Below, piece by piece: positions 14,596 to 20,307 of a DNA stretch of 20,307 nucleotides. The position numbers and the translations under genes are program-made. How positions within the stretch are numbered: the stretch's first letter is position 1; each line of letters begins with the position of its first letter. The DNA comes from Candidatus Micrarchaeota archaeon (lineage in GTDB: Archaea > Micrarchaeota > Micrarchaeia > Anstonellales > Bilamarchaeaceae). The stretch is from the NCBI GenBank assembly GCA_964651995.1, contig CAZYZZ010000009.1, positions 1-20,307 on the forward strand, in the 5' to 3' direction. The notes beneath the pieces are model-generated. The model was given only the letters and a program-made list of their open reading frames with translations, was not told the origin of the DNA and made no database searches.

Positions 14596-15276
14596 CTAGC
14601 CCCAGCCTTCGACTTTTATCTTCTTCGGACCTACTCCAAGAGAGATAAGCTCCTCCTTTCTCTCTTTTGCCATGGTAAGAGGGCCGCATATCCACCAGCT
14701 ATACCCAGCGACCTCTGGAATGTGCCTTTCGATCATTTCCCTGGAAATTCTTCCGCTTTCGCCTTCCCACTCTTCCCTGGTCAGGGTTATGATGATCCTG
14801 AACCTCTCGTCCTTCTTAAGCTGCTCAAGTTCTTCCCTGTATAATATGGACTCCTTGGATCTTGCACTGTAGAATAAGACAAACTCTCCCTGGATATCCC
14901 TTTTTGCAGCATCCCTGAGGATGCTCATCATAGGCGCTATTCCTGTTCCGCCTGCAATCATGGCGACTTTCTTCTCATCATTGTATGAAAAATGTCCGCC
15001 TGCCTGCTCCACTGCAAGTATGCTGCCTACTCTCATCTTCTCAAGTCTTCCGGTAAGCTCTCCGCCTACTAATTTGATGCAGAATTCAAGTTCATCGCCG
15101 GGGGCAGAAGCAATTGAATATGGCCTTCTTACTATGCTCTCATTGTTCTCATCAAGAATGTGGATGAATGCAAACTCACCTGACTTATATTCGATTTCAC
15201 TTTCAAGCGGCTTTAATCTGTATTTGTTTGTGAATGGGCTGAGCGCTTTAATATCACTGATTCTGTATCTTTTCAT
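14596..15276 (-). CDS. FNR-family FAD/NAD(P)-binding oxidoreductase (ferredoxin reductase-like)
   Basis: FAD-binding RPYSIAS motif and NAD(P)-binding MIAGGTGIAPM motif. 226 aa with no Fe-S cluster cysteines. The physiological partner is unknown. Confidence 0.8.
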   Translation of the reverse strand: MKRYRISDIKALSPFTNKYRLKPLESEIEYKSGEFAFIHILDENNESIVRRPYSIASAPGDELEFCIKLVGGELTGRLEKMRVGSILAVEQAGGHFSYNDEKKVAMIAGGTGIAPMMSILRDAAKRDIQGEFVLFYSARSKESILYREELEQLKKDERFRIIITLTREEWEGESGRISREMIERHIPEVAGYSWWICGPLTMAKERKEELISLGVGPKKIKVEGWG

Positions 15277-15295
15277 GGTTACATTCTCCTTCGAG

Positions 15296-15309
15296 TATAT
15301 ATTTAAATC
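15296..15309. promoter_or_regulatory. Near-palindromic TATA element (TATATATTTAAATC), roughly equidistant from two divergent ATGs (15276 minus strand, 15330 plus strand)
   Basis: Its centre near 15304 is 28 nt from ATG 15276 and 26 nt from ATG 15330. It is the only TATA-like element in the 53-bp gap. Confidence 0.4.
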
Positions 15310-15329
15310 TTATTTGTAATGTTTTGACT

Positions 15330-16067
15330 ATGGATGAAGAGCTATCTCGTGTATTCAAGTACTCGTTCGATTTCTATATGAAGCGCCTGGGCTTAATCGT
15401 AATATTCTCAGTTCCGTTCATAATATCATCATTATTGCTGATCCTGGTTGCCGCGCCTACCTATCTTGCTCTTGGCAGCGTCTTTCTCAGGATCGGAAGC
15501 ATCCCTGAGCTCTCAATCTTTGATCTGCTCATAACAGTTATTGCATATGTTCTCTCCATGTTTATCATCTCAGACACAATTGTAAATGTCAACATCATCA
15601 TCCGCTCAAAGAGAACCCTGACCTCGATAAAAACAGAGATTGTTACTGCTCTTGGAAAATACGCCACAAGGATCTTCTATATATATACAATGATGTCCCT
15701 TCTCCTTTTCATCGCGCAGCTGCTGCTATATGAAAACCCGCTTCAAACCTGGCTATATCCGCTGTTCCTTGTCATGATATCCTTTTTCCTGTTCTTTGTT
15801 CCGCCCGCAGTTGTAATTGACAATTCCGATACTCCAACTGCAATCAAAAGGTCTGTTCAGATGGCAATCAAGAATCCGACAATGATAATTATCTGGGCTT
15901 TGCTTGGCCTTGTTTCAATGTCCCTGGTCGAGCAGGTCGCATTTTTCCTCCTTCCAAGCCCGTTCTCAGGATACCTTATCCTTCTTGTGAATTCTCTCTT
16001 CATACTTCCGTTCCTGATTGTCCTTCAGACGCAGATGTACATGGAGAAGTATCCGCTTGCGAGATGA
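15330..16067 (+). CDS. Polytopic membrane protein, function unknown
   Basis: About 6 hydrophobic helices. The track start is TTG 15324; ATG 15330 (MDEELSRVFKY) is preferred. I recognise no catalytic motif. Confidence 0.7.
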   Translation: MDEELSRVFKYSFDFYMKRLGLIVIFSVPFIISSLLLILVAAPTYLALGSVFLRIGSIPELSIFDLLITVIAYVLSMFIISDTIVNVNIIIRSKRTLTSIKTEIVTALGKYATRIFYIYTMMSLLLFIAQLLLYENPLQTWLYPLFLVMISFFLFFVPPAVVIDNSDTPTAIKRSVQMAIKNPTMIIIWALLGLVSMSLVEQVAFFLLPSPFSGYLILLVNSLFILPFLIVLQTQMYMEKYPLAR

Positions 16068-16116
16068 TCTAGTTCTTTTTTAAAAGTTTTCAAACATAGT
16101 ATTTTGTGGTAATACT

Positions 16117-17226
16117 ATGCACAATACAAAAAAAACTTTACGAGCAGCCATGGCCATCACTGTTTGCGCAGCATTTGCACAGTCATGTGCAATCAGGGCA
16201 AAGCAGCCTCTTTTGGATGCAAGAGAGCAGCTTCCAAAACCAGTGTCAGTTGGAGTAGAATCTCCTCTGGTTCGGACTGTTGAAGCAAAGCATACAGTAA
16301 GTCCAAAACAAAAAATGAGGGATCTTTTCAGGACCCTCAGGCATGGCTCTAATGAAGAGCAGGTCTCTGCAATGAAGGAATTGGAGAAAAATGCAAACAA
16401 ATCCACAATCCCTCTTCTGCTACGTGAGCTTGATGATCCTGATACTTCTGCTCACCATGTTGCTATATTCCTGCTTGGCAATCTGAAGGCAAAATCAGCT
16501 GTTCCAGAGCTCTTAAAACTTGTCGATGATCCAATTCTTGGCCATGAATCAATTCAGGCACTTGAGAAAATAGGAGACAAGCGGGCAATTTCTGCCCTGA
16601 GCAAAAGAACAAAGGACCAGGATCCGTATGTCCGGGCAATTTCAATAAGGGCACTCGGAACTCTCGAGGCCCATGAATCAGCACCCTTGATTCTCGATGC
16701 ACTAAAGAGCAGGGACGAGCCTGTTCTTCTAAGTGCAATCCAAGCTATTGGAAAACTTGGAGATGCACGTGCTATCTCTGATCTGATAAATGCGCTTTCC
16801 CATCGAAAGCCTTCAATTGCATCTGCAGCAGCAGACTCACTTGGAGCGATCGGAACGCCCTCGCTGCTTCCGCTCATAGGAACTTTGCAAAATGCCAGCA
16901 TCGGCAACCGGGTGAACCTGATTGAAGCTATCGTGGCAGTAGGACATGTCGGCATCCCTATTCTTGACCAGGCAATGTACAGTGCAAGTCCGACAGCAGC
17001 ATACGGCATTGTAGCTGCACTTGGACTGATAAGGCACAAGTCCGCACTTCCAATTCTGGTCCAGGCACTTGAGCACCCAGAGGCCAATGTCCGTGGAACT
17101 GCAGCAAATTCGCTTCGGATTATCGGAGACAAGACTGCAATACCTGTTCTTGAAAAAGTTGTTGCAAATGATTCCAGTCCATTTACAGTGGCAGCAGCAC
17201 AGGCCGCAATCAGCTCGCTGCAATAA
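16117..17226 (+). CDS. HEAT-repeat (PBS-lyase-type HEAT-like) protein with an N-terminal signal-like hydrophobic segment
   Basis: About 8 tandem ~31-aa repeats of the form D....R..A...LG.lg...A...L...L.D, e.g. DPYVRAISIRALGTLEAHESAPLILDALKSRDEPVLLSAIQAIGKLGDARAISDLINAL. The N-terminus is MHNTKKTLRAAMAITVCAAFAQSCAI. Confidence 0.8.
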   Translation: MHNTKKTLRAAMAITVCAAFAQSCAIRAKQPLLDAREQLPKPVSVGVESPLVRTVEAKHTVSPKQKMRDLFRTLRHGSNEEQVSAMKELEKNANKSTIPLLLRELDDPDTSAHHVAIFLLGNLKAKSAVPELLKLVDDPILGHESIQALEKIGDKRAISALSKRTKDQDPYVRAISIRALGTLEAHESAPLILDALKSRDEPVLLSAIQAIGKLGDARAISDLINALSHRKPSIASAAADSLGAIGTPSLLPLIGTLQNASIGNRVNLIEAIVAVGHVGIPILDQAMYSASPTAAYGIVAALGLIRHKSALPILVQALEHPEANVRGTAANSLRIIGDKTAIPVLEKVVANDSSPFTVAAAQAAISSLQ

Positions 17227-17233
17227 ATTTCTT

Positions 17234-17241
17234 TTTTAAAA
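17234..17241 (+). promoter_or_regulatory. TATA box (TTTTAAAA) about 26 nt upstream of ATG 17264
   Basis: Supports ATG 17264 as a leaderless start for fni rather than the track start at TTG 17246. Confidence 0.45.
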
Positions 17242-17263
17242 TTCTTTGCTTCCTATTTCCCTT

Positions 17264-18247
17264 ATGTCCAAGACCGAATCAAGAAAAAAAGATCATGTTG
17301 AGCTTGTAATCGAGAAGGGAGCGCAATATGAAAAAACAACTGGTTTTGAAAAACTGGAATTTGTTCACAATGCACTTCCAGAAGTTTCCCTTGAAAAAAT
17401 AGACCTTTCTGTGAAATTTCTGGGTTATCAACTGAAATACCCCCTGGTCATAACAGGGATGACCGGCGGCTATTCTGATGCAACTGCAATAAACAAGGGA
17501 CTTGCAGAAGCTGCTCAAAGGCACGGTCTTGCATTTGGTCTTGGCTCGCAACGTGCAATGATCGAAAAGCCTGAGCTTGCAAAAACATACCTGGTCAGGG
17601 ATGTTGCTCCTGATATTCCTGTTATCTCAAATATCGGCGCATATCAGCTCAAGAAATACTCATTTGAGCAGATAGAGTCCCTGGTTGATTCAGTCGAGGC
17701 AGATGCTCTTGCCGTTCATCTAAATCCCCTTCAGGAGGTTATCCAGGGCGAGGGCGATACTGATTTTACAGGCATCGTTGATGCGATTTCAAAAACTGCG
17801 GAAAAGCTTGATGTTCCTGTGATTGCAAAGGAGACAGGAGCTGGAATCAGCCAGAATGTTGCCTTGAAGCTTAAATCTGCAGGAGTAAAGTATATTGACC
17901 TTGAAGGAGCAGGAGGAACGTCGTGGAGCAAGGTGGAGTATCTTCGCTCTGCTGCTACTGCCGGCTTTGAAAACTGGGGCATTCCAACTCTCCATTCCAT
18001 TCTCGAATGCAGGGGAATCCTTCCGATGATTGCAAGCGGAGGCATCCGCTCTGGCATTGATGCTGCAAAAGCAATTGCACTTGGCGCAGAGCTCTCTGGG
18101 GCTGCCTATCCGTTCATAAAGGCATTTACAGAAGGCTCTATCGAAGAATATGTCACTACATTCACTTCGCAGATGCGGATATGCGCTTTCCTCACAGGAT
18201 CTGCAGATTATGCTGCCCTTCGGACTGCAAGAACAGCATTTATCTGA
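17264..18247 (+). CDS. fni: Type 2 (FMN-dependent) isopentenyl-diphosphate delta-isomerase
   Basis: SRKKDHVEL near the N-terminus, ITGMTGG, LGSQR, AKETGAG, and LEGAGGTSW...ASGGIRSG, characteristic of IDI-2 TIM-barrel enzymes. Confidence 0.9.
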   Translation: MSKTESRKKDHVELVIEKGAQYEKTTGFEKLEFVHNALPEVSLEKIDLSVKFLGYQLKYPLVITGMTGGYSDATAINKGLAEAAQRHGLAFGLGSQRAMIEKPELAKTYLVRDVAPDIPVISNIGAYQLKKYSFEQIESLVDSVEADALAVHLNPLQEVIQGEGDTDFTGIVDAISKTAEKLDVPVIAKETGAGISQNVALKLKSAGVKYIDLEGAGGTSWSKVEYLRSAATAGFENWGIPTLHSILECRGILPMIASGGIRSGIDAAKAIALGAELSGAAYPFIKAFTEGSIEEYVTTFTSQMRICAFLTGSADYAALRTARTAFI

Positions 18248-18411
18248 TTTCCATTATCCTGTGGCTATAAGTGGAAAAACATATATTTAAAAGCTGTTTA
18301 TACCATAATTATATTATGTCCCCCACAGCAAGAGTAGACTCCGTACTGCAAAAATCATCCAGTCTCAGCTGCAGAATTCACAAAATCCCGTTCACATTAG
18401 TGTTACAAAAG

Positions 18412-18419
18412 TTTAAAAA
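18412..18419 (+). promoter_or_regulatory. TATA box (TTTAAAAA) 28 nt upstream of the second in-frame ATG (18443) of the RSH-like gene
   Basis: It is only about 16 nt from ATG 18431, so a leaderless start at 18443 (MSLANKLPSG) is plausible. A second TTTAAAA lies further upstream at 18286..18292. Confidence 0.35.
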
Positions 18420-18430
18420 CAGGTTTTTAC

Positions 18431-20026
18431 ATGAATATAGACATGTCCCTAGCTAACAAACTACCCAGTGGTAGAAATGTTCCAAAGCAGCTTCATGCAC
18501 AAATGGCTAGATGGGCAGCTACTTATCAAAAATTCGGTGGCCAGGATGCAATCCCGCATATCCTGAGGGTTCTTGATTCATCAATTGCACACAACATGGT
18601 CGAGCCGGTAAAGATCGGTTGTACGAGAAAAGATCCAAAACAGCTCAACCTTCAGCTTGCAAGTGTCATACAGGCGCACGTATTTCGAAAAAGACATACT
18701 AACAAGGCAGATTTTCCAACAGAAGATTTCGAACGCTTTCCATATGTTATGGAGGGTTTCAATACTTTTAATGACCTTAGGGAAAATGATCTTTCTGCTC
18801 AGGACCCGGAGACATACCGGAGACTTTTGGCAGAGCCTTCCCTTGGACTGCTTGCCAGAATGATTGATCTGCCTCAATATGGAAGTAGTATTTCTCATAA
18901 TTCAGAGGGCGAGCTCATGGGCCTCAATCCAGACCGATTCTATGTGTTTGACGGATCCCGCGGCAAGTCAGAATACCAGCTGATCGGAGAAGCTGCAAAA
19001 AGGATTTATTCTCCCCTTGCTGATCTGCTTGGATATAGGACTCTTGCAGGTCAGCTCTACCAGCTCTATTATCGTAATGTTGATGTGGAGACCTATCAAG
19101 CAGTTGTCAAGGCTCTCTTTTATCTGAAATACCGGATTGCAGCTACCAGGGCTCTTTCAAAGCAAGCTGTTGAAATGCTTTCTGCAAAGCTGGATCAGGA
19201 AGGATATAAATATTCCATCAAGCACCGCTCAGCAAAGCATCCTGGGAAAGTTATGGAAAAGGCAGACAGATATTCCCGCACAAGCAGCAGAACTATCCCA
19301 GATATTGTTTCAAACCTCAATGACCTGGTTGCGTTTACTGTGGTGCTCAGATCAAGGAATGGCAAACTAATTACTCAAAACGATGTCCATGAATTTGAGA
19401 ATGTTGCAAGAATGGTCGTTGAGACAGTAGCTTCACTTCATCCGATCTCGCGCGTCTCAAAAGCAAACCTGTTCACTGACATGGTAACCCATCCAAAGCC
19501 CAATGGATACCAGTCATTCCATGTTGATATGCCATTAGAGGGACCTGAAGTAGTCAACCTTGAAGTAATTGTAAGGAATTGGAGGATGGAAAAGTATGCT
19601 GAAACAGGAGGAGCTGCACATTATCTGTATAAGGGCGGAGGGGATCTTGCAAGATCTGTTTCGTCCGCATACCGTGGCATCATGGAGGCAATGAGCGGCA
19701 AATCCAAGGTTGTCTCAGATTCAATAAACCAGAGATTTATCACTGTCAATATAGAAGGACAGAAAACACGCCAGAGGATAGTTGACCAGCGTGCCTGTGT
19801 TGGTGAGGCTCTCATATGTGCAGATGTTGATCTTTCAAACGGCCTTGCCCTAAATCCACAGGTTTCCCTTCTCACTCCAATAAAAGGAATCGATACACTG
19901 AATCTTGAGCATGTACCGGTCTCAGGGCAGATGCTCTCAAGGCCCATACTGCAGCTGCTACTGGAAAAAGCAGTAAGTCCGCATGCACGGGAAAAACTTA
20001 GAGCATACCTCAAGCAATGCAGCTGA
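18431..20026 (+). CDS. RelA/SpoT-homologue (RSH)-like nucleotide pyrophosphokinase: degenerate HD domain + conserved synthetase domain + TGS-like C-terminal domain
   Basis: From memory of Rel/RelA sequences, these segments align:
- RIYSPLADLLGYRTLAGQLYQLYYR with eIYAPLAhRLGi..iKwELEDL.FR.
- IKHRSAKHPGKVMEK...LNDLVAFTVVL with GRpKh.YSI.rKM...i.Dl.aiRvi.
- THPKPNGYQSFHVDM....NLEVIVRNWRMEKYAETGGAAHYLYKGG with aPK.NGYQSlHT.v....iEiQIRT..MH..AE.GvAAHW.YK.
The position of the HD motif reads IQAHVFRK, so the His-Asp dyad is not intact. Confidence 0.8.
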   Translation: MNIDMSLANKLPSGRNVPKQLHAQMARWAATYQKFGGQDAIPHILRVLDSSIAHNMVEPVKIGCTRKDPKQLNLQLASVIQAHVFRKRHTNKADFPTEDFERFPYVMEGFNTFNDLRENDLSAQDPETYRRLLAEPSLGLLARMIDLPQYGSSISHNSEGELMGLNPDRFYVFDGSRGKSEYQLIGEAAKRIYSPLADLLGYRTLAGQLYQLYYRNVDVETYQAVVKALFYLKYRIAATRALSKQAVEMLSAKLDQEGYKYSIKHRSAKHPGKVMEKADRYSRTSSRTIPDIVSNLNDLVAFTVVLRSRNGKLITQNDVHEFENVARMVVETVASLHPISRVSKANLFTDMVTHPKPNGYQSFHVDMPLEGPEVVNLEVIVRNWRMEKYAETGGAAHYLYKGGGDLARSVSSAYRGIMEAMSGKSKVVSDSINQRFITVNIEGQKTRQRIVDQRACVGEALICADVDLSNGLALNPQVSLLTPIKGIDTLNLEHVPVSGQMLSRPILQLLLEKAVSPHAREKLRAYLKQCS

Positions 20027-20028
20027 TC

Positions 20029-20307
20029 TTATATCTGTGCGAAGTCTGTGAGCTTCTTGACTACATTGAGGACCATGTTAGTGTTTGTTTTTTCAACACC
20101 TTTAATTGCAAGAATTTTCTTTACCAGTCCAGAGAGCTCCCCCCTGCTTTTGCACATCAAAATCGCGGTTGCATCATATTGTCCGGTGGTATCATAAACT
20201 GAGGCAACTCCCTTTAGCCTGCTTATCCTGTCCTGGATGCTGAGAAGGTCACCTCTCATTGAAATCTGGACTATTGCCATGAATTCAAAGCCCAGCTGAA
20301 GGTAATC
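20029..20307 (-). CDS. Lrp/AsnC-family regulator, partial (only the C-terminal ligand-binding RAM domain is in the window; the N-terminal HTH lies beyond the right edge)
   Basis: The reading frame stays open upstream of the track ATG 20280 to the window end (..DYLQLGFEF-MAIVQISMRGD...). The beta-alpha-beta-beta-alpha-beta RAM-domain pattern (V.i.......L....I..l..V..vy.ttG.yD....v) is present. Confidence 0.8.
   Translation of the reverse strand, partial: DYLQLGFEFMAIVQISMRGDLLSIQDRISRLKGVASVYDTTGQYDATAILMCKSRGELSGLVKKILAIKGVEKTNTNMVLNVVKKLTDFAQI

Noticed and set aside
16554-17132. 192-aa antisense ORF inside the HEAT-repeat gene. Similar long antisense ORFs occur at 13957..14529, 4576..4959, 9668..10072, 8009..8401, 14921..15319 and 2867..3259.
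   Set aside because: Each lies fully opposite a gene with strong family motifs (HEAT repeats, uL11, beta-CA, FNR, GGPPS and others). They have low-complexity Ser/Ala/Pro-rich composition typical of shadow ORFs, and they lack TATA or SD context.
1-20307. Searched for CRISPR arrays, tRNA/rRNA genes, transposases, integrases, and recognisable defence systems (restriction-modification, toxin-antitoxin pairs, Cas, Argonaute-like genes).
   Set aside because: There are no spaced direct repeats. No intergenic segment is long or GC-rich enough for a tRNA. None of the ORFs shows motifs of these families. The only toxin-like possibility is the RSH-family synthetase domain, which is reported as a finding rather than called a toxin.

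Overview
This is a compact archaeal chromosomal window. By my gene calls it has 22 protein genes and is about 95% coding. I found no rRNA, tRNA, CRISPR array, transposase or integrase. The archaeal assignment rests on several features:
- aRF1 with NIKS and GGQ motifs.
- RNase P protein Rpp21/Rnp4.
- Archaeal-type uL11.
- A DUF63-like membrane protein.
- GGPP synthase and type-2 IPP isomerase.
- TTTAAAA-type TATA boxes about 26-28 nt upstream of many ATGs, which suggests leaderless mRNAs.

The tight packing (stop codons of convergent genes 1-2 bp apart, divergent ATGs 12 bp apart) is typical of a streamlined, possibly DPANN-like genome. That lineage guess is inference only.

Housekeeping genes: glmS, prf1, rpl11, idsA, fni, rnp4, a GuaD-like deaminase, a beta-carbonic anhydrase, an FNR-like oxidoreductase, and ArsR- and Lrp-type regulators.

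Items worth a second look:
1. A long RelA/SpoT-homologue-like protein (degenerate HD, conserved synthetase motifs, TGS-like tail), unexpected in an archaeon, preceded by the largest intergenic region in the window.
2. A cell-surface gene cluster in which a 701-aa acidic membrane protein and the adjacent lysine-rich membrane protein share a previously unnamed 4-Cys ectodomain, next to a lipobox lipoprotein.
3. A fused tandem beta-carbonic-anhydrase-like protein whose second half has lost all zinc ligands, divergent from a canonical beta-CA.
4. A tandem family of roughly 59-aa helical repeat modules at the left edge, including an ORF missing from the supplied track.
5. An ArsR-HTH fused to an S-layer-like VGGPxVN domain.

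All family assignments come from motif recognition by eye. No database search was run.
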